64,000 nucleotides of DNA from Planctomycetota bacterium (GTDB lineage: Bacteria > Planctomycetota > UBA8108 > SXIK01): the NCBI GenBank assembly GCA_965223845.1, contig CBDCXR010000004.1, positions 544,001 through 608,000 on the forward strand. The letters run 5' to 3'. A model generated the notes under the pieces. That model did no database searches. It saw only the letters and a program-made list of their open reading frames with translations, and was not told where the DNA came from. Shown piece after piece: positions 9,662 to 20,454 of the stretch (the first letter of the stretch is position 1; each line of letters opens with the position of its first letter). Both the position numbers and the translations under genes were made by a program.

Positions 9662-10771
9662 ATGAAGATCAAGCGCATCACGGTGTTTCAGGTCGATCTC
9701 CCTCTTCACGAAGGGAGCTACCGCTGGTCGGGCGGGAAGTCGGTCGATGTGTTCGACAGCACGATCGTCCGAATCGAAACCGACGAGGGCGTCGTCGGCC
9801 ACGGCGAGGTCTGTCCTCTCGGCCCCTTTTACCTTCCGGCGTACGCCGAGGGCGCGCGCGCGGGCGTGGCCGAGCTCGCGCCGCACTTGATCGGTGAGGA
9901 CCCGACTCAGATCGTTCCGCTCAACCGCCGGATGGACGCTGCGCTCAAGGGCCATCCCTATGCGAAGTCGGCGATCGACTGCGCGTGCTGGGACGTTCTC
10001 GGAAAAGTGGCCGGGACGCCCGTCTGTAGTCTTCTCGGCGGTCGCTTCGGCGAGAGCTTCCCGCTCTACCGTGCGATTTCGCAGGAGGACGCGAACGTGA
10101 TGGCAGAAAAGGTCGCGGGATACCGCGCCGAGGGGTACAGGAAGTTTCAGCTCAAGGTCGGAGGCGACCCGAGCGACGACATCGAGCGCATCCGAGCGGT
10201 GGCGGAGCTCCTCGATTTCGCGGGCGGCGATGTCCTCATCGCAGATGCGAACACCGGCTGGCTCATGCATCAAGCCGCGCGCGTCGTGCGCGCCGTCGAC
10301 GAGGTCGACGTCTACATCGAGCAGCCTTGCGCGACGTACGAGGAGTGTCTCTCGATCCGCCGGCGGACGAGCCATCCGTTCGTGCTCGACGAGGTGATCG
10401 ACGGAGTCGACGTGCTCGTTCGCGGTCACGCCGATCGCGCGATGGACGCGGTGAACATCAAGATCAGCAAATTCGGCGGACTGACGAAGGCGCGACTCGC
10501 TCGCGACCTGTGCGCGTCGCTCGGAATCGCGATGACGATCGAAGACAGTTGGGGCGGCGATATCACGACGGCGGCGATCGCGCATCTCGCGCACAGCACG
10601 CCGCCCGAGCTGCTCTTCACGTCGACGGATTTCAACAGCTACGTAACGGTGAGCACCGCGGAGGGCGCTCCCCAGCGAGCCGACGGACGTCTCGCCGCCT
10701 CGACCGAACCCGGACTGGGAATCAAGCCGCGGCGAGACGTCCTCGGCGATCCCGTGCTCGAAATCGACTGA
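9662..10771 (+). CDS. Enolase-superfamily (MR/MLE) enzyme, cis-3-hydroxyproline dehydratase / proline-betaine epimerase-like
   Basis: [24 protein letters not shown], metal ligands DAN / EQP / [11 protein letters not shown]. Confidence 0.85.
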   Translation: MKIKRITVFQVDLPLHEGSYRWSGGKSVDVFDSTIVRIETDEGVVGHGEVCPLGPFYLPAYAEGARAGVAELAPHLIGEDPTQIVPLNRRMDAALKGHPYAKSAIDCACWDVLGKVAGTPVCSLLGGRFGESFPLYRAISQEDANVMAEKVAGYRAEGYRKFQLKVGGDPSDDIERIRAVAELLDFAGGDVLIADANTGWLMHQAARVVRAVDEVDVYIEQPCATYEECLSIRRRTSHPFVLDEVIDGVDVLVRGHADRAMDAVNIKISKFGGLTKARLARDLCASLGIAMTIEDSWGGDITTAAIAHLAHSTPPELLFTSTDFNSYVTVSTAEGAPQRADGRLAASTEPGLGIKPRRDVLGDPVLEID

Positions 10772-10792
10772 CGGAGCGAGCGACACCCACCT

Positions 10793-12088
10793 ATGGAACC
10801 GGGATTCGGCGAGAGCCGCTGCGGGCTCTCCGCGACGAGGCATCTCCGCGAGCGCGACGTCCGCCTCCGTCTCGACGCTCTCGGTGAGATCCTCGCAACC
10901 GGCGCCGAGTTGTGGCGGGCGCACGGGCCTCCGGAAGGCGACGATTGGCGCGCGCGATTCCCAGCGGAGCGGCGGTTCGTCGACGCCGCTCGGTTCGACC
11001 GCTCGGCGATCCTCGGGCTCGATCTCGCGCGGGTTCGCGCCGCGGAGATTCCGAACGCCGTCGTTCGGACCGGACGAGACGTGGATCGACTGAGCGCGCT
11101 CTGCGATCTACCCGGGGGTGAGCTCGACCTAGGACGCGAGCTCGATCGAGGTGCGTCCGCTCGAAAGCGCGCGCAAATCGAGCGATTCGCGCGCGTCGTC
11201 GCGGGAGCACTCGGCGACGACGGCGGTGCCATCGTCGATTGCTGCGCGGGGAAGGCGCACCTCGGCCGCGCCCTTGCGTACGCCACGGGTCGCGCCGTGG
11301 TGAGCGTCGACCGCGATCCGGCCCTCTGTCGTGAGGCCGACGCCCTCGCCCAGCGGAGTGGAGTGCCGCTGCGAAGCCGCTGCGTCGACGTCCGGTCATC
11401 GTCGTTCGCGCGCGACTTTGTCCCCGGATCGACTGCGGTCGCGCTGCACGCCTGCGGAGATCTCCATCGCGAGATCTTGCGCTGCGTCGGTCCGCGCGGC
11501 GCGCGGACCGCGATCGTCGCGCCGTGCTGCTACTTCCGCACGCGAGACCTCCCGGCACGAGCGTTGTCCTCGGCGGGACGACGATCCGGGCTCCGGTTCG
11601 ATCGGGCGGATCTTCAGTTTGCGACGTGCCGTGCGACGATCGCGTCGCCTCGGGCCCGCGCCCGCGTCGCGACGAAGCAAGCCTGGTATTTCGGGATCCG
11701 CGACTGGTGGCGTCGATGTCTTCCCGAGTCCGAGATCCCGCTCCAGCGCACGATCCGCCGGGCATGGATCGCGGAGGGATTCACCGCCGTCGCGCGGCAC
11801 CTCGCCACCGCGGCCGGCGTGCCTCCTCCGAGCGTCGCGGAGCTCGCGCCCTACGAGGCCGTCGGCTGGGAACGGCTCCGGCGAGCGCTCGCGTACGAGC
11901 GAGTTCGCGATCCCTGGCGGCGCGCGCTCGAGGCGTGGCTCTTTCTCGATCGCGTTACGTGGCTCATCGAGCGAGGGCTCCGCGTTCGCGCGGGAATCTT
12001 CTGCAGCGAAGGCGTCACCCCTCGGAATCGCGCGATGATCGCCGATGCGCCTAGCCCCGTCGTCTTTCCGCGCCTGCAGCGCAGTTAG
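10793..12088 (+). CDS. SAM-dependent methyltransferase (Methyltransf_32-like)
   Basis: KRAQI, VDCCAGKAHLG, ALHACGDLH, APCCY, TPRN motifs. Confidence 0.8.
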   Translation: MEPGFGESRCGLSATRHLRERDVRLRLDALGEILATGAELWRAHGPPEGDDWRARFPAERRFVDAARFDRSAILGLDLARVRAAEIPNAVVRTGRDVDRLSALCDLPGGELDLGRELDRGASARKRAQIERFARVVAGALGDDGGAIVDCCAGKAHLGRALAYATGRAVVSVDRDPALCREADALAQRSGVPLRSRCVDVRSSSFARDFVPGSTAVALHACGDLHREILRCVGPRGARTAIVAPCCYFRTRDLPARALSSAGRRSGLRFDRADLQFATCRATIASPRARARVATKQAWYFGIRDWWRRCLPESEIPLQRTIRRAWIAEGFTAVARHLATAAGVPPPSVAELAPYEAVGWERLRRALAYERVRDPWRRALEAWLFLDRVTWLIERGLRVRAGIFCSEGVTPRNRAMIADAPSPVVFPRLQRS

Positions 12089-12318
12089 CGGCCGCCAATT
12101 CGTCTCTAACCGCCCTCCAATCTCGACCCCTTAGAGTTCAACGCAGCCGACGAAAAACGTCGCTGCTTCGGGCCGCGCTCCGCGGCGCGCCCGAAACTCG
12201 AACCCGAGCAGATCGTGGAGGCGCCCCATTCCTGCTCGCGTCGGTGAACGCGACCGCACGGGTGAGACGGGCTTGCCCGCTCGAGCGTTCGAAACCTCAC
12301 GAGTTGGAGCAAAGCACG

Positions 12319-13797
12319 ATGACTTTCGTCAAGACCCATCGCTGGGCGATTGCGGCCGGCGTCGCGATCGCTCTCTTCCTAGGGATCGCGGTTTCCGAGA
12401 GCTGGGGACGCAGTTGGAACGGTTGGTGGCGTGAATACAGCGACTCGGAAATCGAGATCCCGTTCGACGAAGCCGAGCTCTTCTTCGAGCTCAACGACAC
12501 CGACGGTGATCTCGGGATTCACTCGTCGATCGACGGTGAGGCTTGGACCGAGCTCGAGATCGAAGCGCCGAACGGACGCGAGCTCCTCGAGATCGAGCTG
12601 CAGAGTCGATTGAAGCGTCAGGGTCTCACGCAGATCGAGTTCGAGAGCGCGGAGCCGACCTTCGACGAGCTCGACCCGGAGACGTTTTTCCACCGCTTTC
12701 CCCCCGGCGAGTATGAGATCGAGGGTGAGACGCACGAGGGCGACGAGCTCGAAAGCGTCGCGATTCTGACGCATCTCCTTCCGGCGCCGCCGGCGAACGT
12801 GCACGTGCAGGGCCAGGCCTCCGCCGAGGACTGCGACGCAGAGGAGCTGCCCGTCGTCGACGGCGAGGAACCCGTCGTCATCAGCTGGGACGCGGTGACG
12901 CACTCGCACCCGGAGCTCGGCGAGACGAACGAGCCGATCGAGGTCGTTCAGTATCAGGTCGTCGTCGAGCGCGAAGAGCCGACCGAGCTGGTTTTCAGCG
13001 TCGAGCTTCCGCCTTCCATCACCGAGATCGAGATCCCGGCGAGCTTCATCGCACTCAGCGACGAGTTCAAGTTCGAGATCCTCGTCCGCGAGGCGAGCGG
13101 CAACCAAACCGCCGTGGAGAGCTGCTTCGAGGTCGAGTCCGACTCGGAATTCGAGCCGTGCTTCCCGACGACGGAAGATCTGGAGCTCTGCGATCCAGAA
13201 GAGGCGACGTTTACGCTCGACTCGACGAATCCGTACTACCCGCTCGTCGTCGGCTCGGTGGTCGTTCTCGAGGGTGAGGAGGACGGCGACGTCATTCGCG
13301 TCGAGCGGAGGACTCTTCCCGAGTCGATGGTCGTCGACGGCGTGACGACACACATCCTCGAGCACACCGAGTTCATCAACGGCGAGATCCACGAGATCGC
13401 CCGCAACTACTACGTCGAAGCGAGCGACGGCACCGTGTGCTACTTCGGTGAGGACGTCGAGTTTTACGAGGACGGTGAGCTCGTGAGCACGGGCGGAACT
13501 TGGCGCGCCGGCGTCAACGGCGCGAAACCTGGAATCATCATGCCGGCCGATCCTGCGGTCGGGCAGGCGTACTTCCAAGAGGATGATCCGGAGAACGCTC
13601 GCGATATGGCTCGCGTAACGATGACGGGAACGACCATGACGGTCGGAGAGTTCACCTTCGACAACGTCGTTCAGATCATGGACGCGAATCCCATCGACGA
13701 CGAGGACCCGTGCGAGGACGAGGAGAAGCTCTACGCACCGGGCATCGGAGAGATCAAGGACGTCGATCTGGAGCTGGTCGAGTTCGACATTCCCTGA
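12319..13797 (+). CDS. Secreted, highly acidic two-domain hypothetical protein
   Basis: ATG at 12319 after GGAG. Signal/TM, then domain 1 (FELNDTDGDLG...ESAEP) and domain 2 (NPYYPL...YFGEDV...WRAGVNGAKPGIIMP...YAPGIG). Confidence 0.75.
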   Translation: MTFVKTHRWAIAAGVAIALFLGIAVSESWGRSWNGWWREYSDSEIEIPFDEAELFFELNDTDGDLGIHSSIDGEAWTELEIEAPNGRELLEIELQSRLKRQGLTQIEFESAEPTFDELDPETFFHRFPPGEYEIEGETHEGDELESVAILTHLLPAPPANVHVQGQASAEDCDAEELPVVDGEEPVVISWDAVTHSHPELGETNEPIEVVQYQVVVEREEPTELVFSVELPPSITEIEIPASFIALSDEFKFEILVREASGNQTAVESCFEVESDSEFEPCFPTTEDLELCDPEEATFTLDSTNPYYPLVVGSVVVLEGEEDGDVIRVERRTLPESMVVDGVTTHILEHTEFINGEIHEIARNYYVEASDGTVCYFGEDVEFYEDGELVSTGGTWRAGVNGAKPGIIMPADPAVGQAYFQEDDPENARDMARVTMTGTTMTVGEFTFDNVVQIMDANPIDDEDPCEDEEKLYAPGIGEIKDVDLELVEFDIP

Positions 13798-13965
13798 TCC
13801 GGCGAGGTCTCGGCTCCGCGGTCGGAAGGCGCGCGACGTCTCTCGACCGCGGGTCCCGTTCCCGTTCCCGTCTCTTTCCCCCCGTTCTCTCACCGGCGCA
13901 AAACCTCGCGATGCGCCTAAGCACCAAGGTCTGAGACCGAACCGGCCGAGCGGAGAATCTTCACC

Positions 13966-15321
13966 ATGTATCGAGCTCGAGCTCTCCAGGTCCTTTCGCT
14001 AACCTTCGCCGTCGGTGGCGCCGCGTGCTGCGCGCTTCTCCTCGGGGTGCATGCCGAAGGCGAAGCAAATGAGCGGCTCGGCTCGGTCTGTGGCGGCGAC
14101 GGCAGCGGTTGTGAGGAGGTGGTTCTCGGCCGGTGGGGGAGACTGCCTCCGGCGGACATCGGAGCGACCGAGGAAAGTGTCCGCTCCCGCAACGCTCGAG
14201 GAATCCCCGTCGCCGCGCTCGGCCTCTTCTATTTCTCGCTGCTCGCGATCTGGTTCGCTGCGGTCGGAAATCCGCGCGGGGAAGGACGTGCTCGCGTCGC
14301 CCTCGCCACCCTCGTCGTGTGCGCGCTCGGTTCGTGCGTGTCGCTCTTCTATCTCGGCCTGATGGCGTTTGTCGTCGAAGCGTGGTGTCCGCTCTGTGTC
14401 GGTTCGCACGCGGTGAGCTTCGTCCTCTTCGGCTTGATGCTGTTCGCCTGGCTCGAGTCGAAAGTCGTTCGAGACTGCATTCGCGAACGGACCGTGGCGT
14501 TCCGACATCCGAGCCTGCGTTTTTCGATCGTGGTCTTCGCTCTTGCCGGCGCCGTTTGGGCGGCCGAGTGGAATGCGTACCGCGCGGCGGCCCTTGGACG
14601 CACCGCGGAGTTTGCCGAGGAGCTGCGACAAGACGGAGCGTATCTCGAGGCGGTCCATTTCGCCCAGCCCCGGCACGCTCTCGACGCCGCGTCTCGGAGT
14701 CGAATGCGCGACGCACCCGCAGCTACGCTCGGCGTACGTGCCGACGATCCCATGATTCTTCCGCGCGCGAACGGATTCGTTCACACGCTCGTCGTCTTTT
14801 CCGACATCGAGTGTCCGTCGTGCACGCGTTTCGATCGGCTACTCGAAGACGAAATCCTTCCGCTCTACGCGGGACACCTTCGCGTCGTTTACAAGTACCT
14901 TCCGATGGCGCGCCTCCACCCGAACGCACTTCGCGGAGCGCGAGCCTTGGGAGCGGCGCGGCTCCAAGGGAAGTTCTGGGAGATGCGAAATCTTCTCCGC
15001 GCGAACCGGCGTCTTCTCGCCGACTTCGGTTTCGCCGCGGCAGCGGAGCGAGTTGGGATCGATGCCGACCGATTCGTCCGGGACATGAGCTCTCGAGTCG
15101 TTCGAAAACGCATCGCCGAAGACCGGAAGACCGCGATCGCTCTCGAATCGAGATCGACCCCCGACGTTTTTCTGAGCGGCCGTCGCGTCGACTCGAAGAT
15201 CCGGGACCTCGTCGCGTTTTGGCGAGCTCGCGCGCACGCGCTGAAGGCGCGACGGCTCAGCGCGAATCAGGGTTGGGGGCCGGACGCAACTCACGTCCTC
15301 GCAACTGGGGGACGACGATGA
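13966..15321 (+). CDS. Vitamin K epoxide reductase (VKOR) - DsbA/thioredoxin fusion
   Basis: Loop cysteines C-GGDGSG-C, GIPVAALG, TM WCPLC. C-terminal FSDIECPSC, QGKFWEM and cis-Pro STP. Confidence 0.88.
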   Translation: MYRARALQVLSLTFAVGGAACCALLLGVHAEGEANERLGSVCGGDGSGCEEVVLGRWGRLPPADIGATEESVRSRNARGIPVAALGLFYFSLLAIWFAAVGNPRGEGRARVALATLVVCALGSCVSLFYLGLMAFVVEAWCPLCVGSHAVSFVLFGLMLFAWLESKVVRDCIRERTVAFRHPSLRFSIVVFALAGAVWAAEWNAYRAAALGRTAEFAEELRQDGAYLEAVHFAQPRHALDAASRSRMRDAPAATLGVRADDPMILPRANGFVHTLVVFSDIECPSCTRFDRLLEDEILPLYAGHLRVVYKYLPMARLHPNALRGARALGAARLQGKFWEMRNLLRANRRLLADFGFAAAAERVGIDADRFVRDMSSRVVRKRIAEDRKTAIALESRSTPDVFLSGRRVDSKIRDLVAFWRARAHALKARRLSANQGWGPDATHVLATGGRR

Positions 15322-16361
15322 AGCGCTCTACGCTTACGACTTCGCTCGCGGTTTCACTGCTCGCTCTCGGGAGCTTCGCCGTGGTCATCGTCCACCGATT
15401 CGAAACCCCATCGCGCGCTTCGATCGAATCCGGTGACGCGGACGATAATCGCGCCGGCCGGGACGACGGCACTCGCTCCGTCGCGGCGGCGAAGTCGGTT
15501 CAACTTGACTCACTCACGAACCGCGCGCACCGGCGGACGAAGCGGATCTCGGCGGACGCCGTGCGCACGTCGAGACGAGCGGGCTCGCGTGCACGGCAAC
15601 CGAGCCGTGCATTCGCTCTCCTTCGCTCGCGCGACCCCGGCGAGCGTTGCCGCGGCGTGCGTGCGCTCGAAGCCGCGGCCGAGGCGGGTACGGCTCCCGC
15701 GGCGCGAGCGGCGATTCGTCGGGCGCTCAGCGACACGCACGCGAGCGTGCGCCTAGAAGCCGTTCAGTCCCTCACCGATCTCGACGATCGCACCTCCGTT
15801 CAGCGGATACGTGAGCTGCTCGACGATCCGAGCCCGAGCGTGCGTGGAGAGACGGTCGCGGCGCTCGTCCAGCTCGGTGACGACGCGGAGGTCGACGCGA
15901 TCGCCGCCCTCGCCGGCGACTCCGACGCCGGCGTGCGTGCGGACGCCGCCGCAGCGCTCGGGCGCTTCGAGTCGTACGTCGGGCTCGATCGACTCGTTGC
16001 GCTGCTCGAGGACTCGGACGCCGATGTCCGCAGCGAAGCGATGCGATCCCTGCGTCGTCTCGGTGCCCCGTCCGCGCTTCCGGCTCTAGCCGAGCTCTAT
16101 ACCTCGACCGAAGGACCGCCGTCGTTCGAGCTCCTCGATGCGATGCGGCGGCTCGGAGACGAGGAGCCGCTCCGGCGTGAAGTCGATCGGCTCGCGGAGA
16201 TCGCGCTCGCGGGGGACGAGGTGGAAGCTCGCTACGAGGCGATCCAAACTCTCGCTCGCGAGGCTCCCTCGAACGCGCGCGAGGTGTTTCGTCGCGCGCT
16301 CAACGATCCTAGCGCACGTGTGCGCAAGGCAGCTTCACGCGCGGTGAAGAGCGCTCGCTGA
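15318..16361 (+). CDS. Membrane-anchored HEAT-repeat protein
   Basis: ATGA overlap with the VKOR gene, N-terminal TM, repeated L.D....VR..A..AL units. Confidence 0.85.
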   Translation: MKRSTLTTSLAVSLLALGSFAVVIVHRFETPSRASIESGDADDNRAGRDDGTRSVAAAKSVQLDSLTNRAHRRTKRISADAVRTSRRAGSRARQPSRAFALLRSRDPGERCRGVRALEAAAEAGTAPAARAAIRRALSDTHASVRLEAVQSLTDLDDRTSVQRIRELLDDPSPSVRGETVAALVQLGDDAEVDAIAALAGDSDAGVRADAAAALGRFESYVGLDRLVALLEDSDADVRSEAMRSLRRLGAPSALPALAELYTSTEGPPSFELLDAMRRLGDEEPLRREVDRLAEIALAGDEVEARYEAIQTLAREAPSNAREVFRRALNDPSARVRKAASRAVKSAR

Positions 16362-16588
16362 GCCCGAACGTGTCGGCCGTCGCGTCTCGCCGTCACCGGC
16401 GGTGGCCGTTCGTTCGGAGTGAGTTCGGGCGAGAGCGTTCTCGAACCCTGCCGCCCGGCTTTCGCGTCCCGGACGACGCGATGGTGCCGACTGGGATTCG
16501 CTCGCGCGGCGCGGGATAATGGGGGCGGATCGCGGCTGCATGCCTAGACGCGGCGGTCTCACCTTTTCCATCGACTCGGCCGATCGGT

Positions 16589-18367
16589 ATGAACGTTCGA
16601 TCTCCCGGTACTCTCAGAGTGCGCGAGTCTCTCGCGCATCGTCGCGAGGTACTGCGTCGCGCGCGGCGCTTTGCGGTCTCTGTCGCACTTGCGGCGCTCG
16701 CGTCGCGCGTGTCCCTCCGAGCCGACGACCTCCTGCCGGATCTCATCGTTCCGGAGAATCCCCTCTTCGGCTACCGGGTGCAGTCGAAGTCGGACGGTAC
16801 GCGCGAGCTCCGCTTCACGACCTCGACCGCGAACATCGGGCGCGGCCCGATTCGCGTCATCGGCCTACTCCCCGTCAACGAGGACGGCACGCAGGCCGTC
16901 GACCAGATCATCGAGAGCGACTCGGGCGCGGCTCGCGCGCATCGTGCCGGGAACTTCGTCTTTCACGAAGACCACGGTCACGTTCACGCCGAGAACTGGG
17001 CGAGCTATCGACTGCGCGCTCGGACCGAATCCGGAGCGCCGGGTGAAGTCGTCGCGGAAGGAGGTAAGACGAGCTTCTGTCTCGTCGACCTCGTCGTCTA
17101 CGACCGCGAGCTGCCGCGGTTCCCGAGCGAAGGCCGGTTTCACAGTTGCAAGTCGCTCGAGCAGGGAATCTCCGTCGGTTGGTCGGACGTCTACCACTGG
17201 TCGCTCGAAGGTCAGAGTCTCGACGTGACAGACGTCGCCGATGGCGAGTACTGGCTCGAGGTGGTCGTCGATCCGGCGGACCAATTCATCGAGGAGGACG
17301 AGACCAACAACTCCGCCCGGATTCTGGTTGTTCTCGGTACTCGGCCGGGTCGCCGCGATGCGTACGAGCCGAACGACTCGCCCGAGCGACTGCTCGAGCG
17401 CACGGTCGGCGGTCCGAACAGTCCGAACCTCGGTCCGGTGGGGCCATCGCTCGTGCTCTCCGATCTCACCATCCATACGGCGGGCAACGAGGACTGGTTC
17501 CGCTTCTATTCCGGCGCGGTCGGCGACGTGTTCTCGTACGTCTCGGCCGTGACCGCGGACACCCGCGGGCGTTTGACGCTCGCGCTGTTCGATTCTTCCG
17601 GCGAGAACCTCGCGGACGCCGGTCGTCCGCGCGTCGATCCGCGCGTGTCGCTCGCCGGATTGCCGGCGGGCTGGTACTTCGTGCAGGTGACGAGTAGCGA
17701 CGCGGGAGGCGTCACGTACGAGTTGACTCTCGAACCGCCGGCAAACGCACCACCGGCAATCGCGGTGACGAGCCCCGTGGGACAGCGGATCGAGCTCCGC
17801 CACGGGCTCGATCAAGTGCCGGTAGCGTGGGAGGCGAGTGATCCGGATGGAGATCCCCTCTGGGTGAGCGTGTTCCTCGCTCGCGACGGTTTCGACGACC
17901 CGCCGCAGCTTCTCGAGACGAGTCGCAACACACCGGCCGAGCACGGTGTCTACACGATCAATTCCGCGGAGGTCGACGCCGGGGAATACCGCGTCTTCTG
18001 CCAGGTGACGGACGGAGGTACGAAGACCGGCGCGTGGGCCGAGACCATTGTGGTGTTCGCCGAGCTCCCCCGGTTTATCCGTGGCGATTGTGACGGTGAC
18101 GGACGCGTCACCGGACGCGTCAGCGACGCCCTCTTTCTCCTCAATTACAACTTCGCGGGCGGGCCGACGCCGCCGTGCTTCGCCGCTTGCGATGCCAACG
18201 GTGACGGGATCGTCGTCGGAAACGTCGTCGACGCGCTCTATCTTCTCAACTACAACTTCTCCGGTGGACCACCGCCCCCGCCGCCCCTCGTCCATTGCGG
18301 CCCGGGCGTTCTCGTGTCCGACGACGCGATCGGATGCGCGGTAGAGACGGAGAGTTGCCCGGAATGA
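16589..18367 (+). CDS. Secreted lysyl oxidase family protein with PPC-like, Ig-like and dockerin-like domains
   Basis: LPDL, HEDHGHVH Cu-binding His cluster, KTSFCL, QGISVGWSDVY, E.DETNN; DAYEPND...EDWFRF; C-terminal FIRGDCDGDG...CDANGDG. Confidence 0.85.
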   Translation: MNVRSPGTLRVRESLAHRREVLRRARRFAVSVALAALASRVSLRADDLLPDLIVPENPLFGYRVQSKSDGTRELRFTTSTANIGRGPIRVIGLLPVNEDGTQAVDQIIESDSGAARAHRAGNFVFHEDHGHVHAENWASYRLRARTESGAPGEVVAEGGKTSFCLVDLVVYDRELPRFPSEGRFHSCKSLEQGISVGWSDVYHWSLEGQSLDVTDVADGEYWLEVVVDPADQFIEEDETNNSARILVVLGTRPGRRDAYEPNDSPERLLERTVGGPNSPNLGPVGPSLVLSDLTIHTAGNEDWFRFYSGAVGDVFSYVSAVTADTRGRLTLALFDSSGENLADAGRPRVDPRVSLAGLPAGWYFVQVTSSDAGGVTYELTLEPPANAPPAIAVTSPVGQRIELRHGLDQVPVAWEASDPDGDPLWVSVFLARDGFDDPPQLLETSRNTPAEHGVYTINSAEVDAGEYRVFCQVTDGGTKTGAWAETIVVFAELPRFIRGDCDGDGRVTGRVSDALFLLNYNFAGGPTPPCFAACDANGDGIVVGNVVDALYLLNYNFSGGPPPPPPLVHCGPGVLVSDDAIGCAVETESCPE

Positions 18368-20454
18368 ATGCTCGCGATCGAGCGGTGGACGGTCGACGCC
18401 GTCGCGCCGCGACCGCGCTCGAAAGAGGTGTCCGCTCCGCGGCCCTCCTGCACGTCGTCTTCGCGATGTGCGCGTCTCGGCTCGCTTCGGCTCAACCCGA
18501 AGCCTTGCTCGAGCTCGAGTCGCCCGGCGATACGCTCACGGTGAGACTCGGTCTCGACGAGACGGGTCGACCGCGCGGTACCGTCGCGAAGGGGGATTCC
18601 GTCGTCGCCACGTTCCGTCTGGGGCTCGACCTCGCAGGCTCCGGACGCGCCGTCGAAGGACTGCGGCTGGTGCACGCGGAGCGTGCTCAGCGCGACGAGA
18701 GCTACTCGATCCCGGTGGGAAAGACCTCGCGCGCGCGCGATCACCACCGCGCGCTCACGGTGACGTTCGCCGATCGTGAAAGCGGCGGCCATCGCTTCGG
18801 CGTGACACTTCGGGCATACGATGACGGCGTCGCGTTTCGCTATTCGCTCCCGGCGGGCGCGGAGGACTCGTTCGTTCTCCGCGACGAGCTCACCGAATTC
18901 ACATTCCCCGGTGAACCCGTCGCGCGGTACCTACCGCTTCCGAGCTACACGACCTCGTACGAGGCGCGCTACGAGACGCGTGCGCTCTCGGGCGTGTCGG
19001 CGGGCCTGATCGCCCTTCCGCTCCTCCTCGAGCGACCGGAGGCGGGCGGACAGCGGGTGTGGATCGCGCTCACGGAGGCGGAGCTCACCGATTACGCGGG
19101 ACTCTACACCGAGCGACTCGAAGGTACGGACGCGACACTGGTGGCGCGTTTGTCGCCTCTCCCCGGTCGAACCGATGGCGCGAAGGTCATCGGAAAAACG
19201 CCGCACGCATCGCCTTGGCGAGTCCTCATGATCGCGGACGAGCCGAGCCGTCTGCTCGAATCGAATCTCGTGTTCCATCTCAACGAGCCGAGTCGAATCG
19301 ACGATCCGTCCTGGATTCGTCCGGGGAGGACGACGTTTCCGTGGTGGAACGCGTACACGCTCGGTGACGTCCCCTTCGAACCGGGCCTCAACACCGAAAC
19401 GCACAAGCACTACATCGACTTCTGCGCGGAAGAGGGGATCGAGTACCACTCGCTCGACGGCACGGACACTGCTTGGTACGGCGGCCCGATCGTGCCGAAG
19501 GGTGTGACGGACATCACGACGAGCGTGCCGGAGATCGACCTTCCGGAGCTCTTCCGCTACGCGAAGAAGAAGGGGGTTCGCCTGCGCCTGTGGATGCACT
19601 GGCGCGCGCTGAAGCCGCAGATCGATGCCGCGTTCCCTCTCTACGTGTCCTGGGGCGCTGAGGGAGTGATGGTCGACTTCATGGATCGCGACGATCAGGA
19701 GATGGTCGCGTTCTATCACGAGGTGGCGGAGAAGGCGGCCCGGCATCGTCTCACCGTGACGTGGCACGGCTCGTACAAGCCGACGGGGATGGAGCGCACC
19801 TGGCCGAACGTGCTCACGTACGAATCGGCGCTCAACCAGGAGTACAACAAGTGGGATGAACGGGGGACTCCGCCGGAACACAACCTGAGCGTTGCGTTCA
19901 TTCGAATGCTCGCCGGTCCGGTCGATTACCATCAGGGCGCGATGCGGAACGTCCCGCCGGGCGAGTTTTCGCCGGAGTACCGCGCACCATCGGTGCCGGG
20001 AACCCGCGCGCATCAGCTCGCGCTCTACGTCGTTTACCAAAACCATCTACCGATGCTCGTCGACTACCCATCGGCCTACCGCGGGGAAGCGGGCTTCGAC
20101 TTCATCGCGCGGGTGCCGGTGACGTGGGACGAGACTCGCGTCCTTCACGCCGAGATCGGGCGCGCGATCATCGTGGCGCGACGGAGTGGCCGGACTTGGT
20201 TCCTCGGCGGACTGAACGCCGGAGAGCGGACGACCGTCAGGCTCTCGCTCGCGTTTCTCGGTCCGGACGAGTTTGCCGCGACCGTGTACGAGGACGATCC
20301 GCCGGGCGGGCCGCGGGCGCTTCGGGTGCGGCAGGTCGACGTCGAGCCCGCTCGAGAGCTCGCGGTGACGATGGCGCCCGCCGGCGGATTCGCCGGCGTG
20401 GTCCGGCCGCGCGGAGTCGAAGGGGCGGATCCAGGGCCTGCGCCGAGCGAGTAG
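18364..20454 (+). CDS. Glycoside hydrolase family 97 (alpha-glucosidase/galactosidase)
   Basis: RAYDDGVAFRY, SPWRV, SWIRPG, HYIDF, VDFMDRDDQEMV, HGSYKPTG.ERTWPN, RMLAGPVDY, WDETR. Confidence 0.92.
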   Translation: MNARDRAVDGRRRRAATALERGVRSAALLHVVFAMCASRLASAQPEALLELESPGDTLTVRLGLDETGRPRGTVAKGDSVVATFRLGLDLAGSGRAVEGLRLVHAERAQRDESYSIPVGKTSRARDHHRALTVTFADRESGGHRFGVTLRAYDDGVAFRYSLPAGAEDSFVLRDELTEFTFPGEPVARYLPLPSYTTSYEARYETRALSGVSAGLIALPLLLERPEAGGQRVWIALTEAELTDYAGLYTERLEGTDATLVARLSPLPGRTDGAKVIGKTPHASPWRVLMIADEPSRLLESNLVFHLNEPSRIDDPSWIRPGRTTFPWWNAYTLGDVPFEPGLNTETHKHYIDFCAEEGIEYHSLDGTDTAWYGGPIVPKGVTDITTSVPEIDLPELFRYAKKKGVRLRLWMHWRALKPQIDAAFPLYVSWGAEGVMVDFMDRDDQEMVAFYHEVAEKAARHRLTVTWHGSYKPTGMERTWPNVLTYESALNQEYNKWDERGTPPEHNLSVAFIRMLAGPVDYHQGAMRNVPPGEFSPEYRAPSVPGTRAHQLALYVVYQNHLPMLVDYPSAYRGEAGFDFIARVPVTWDETRVLHAEIGRAIIVARRSGRTWFLGGLNAGERTTVRLSLAFLGPDEFAATVYEDDPPGGPRALRVRQVDVEPARELAVTMAPAGGFAGVVRPRGVEGADPGPAPSE

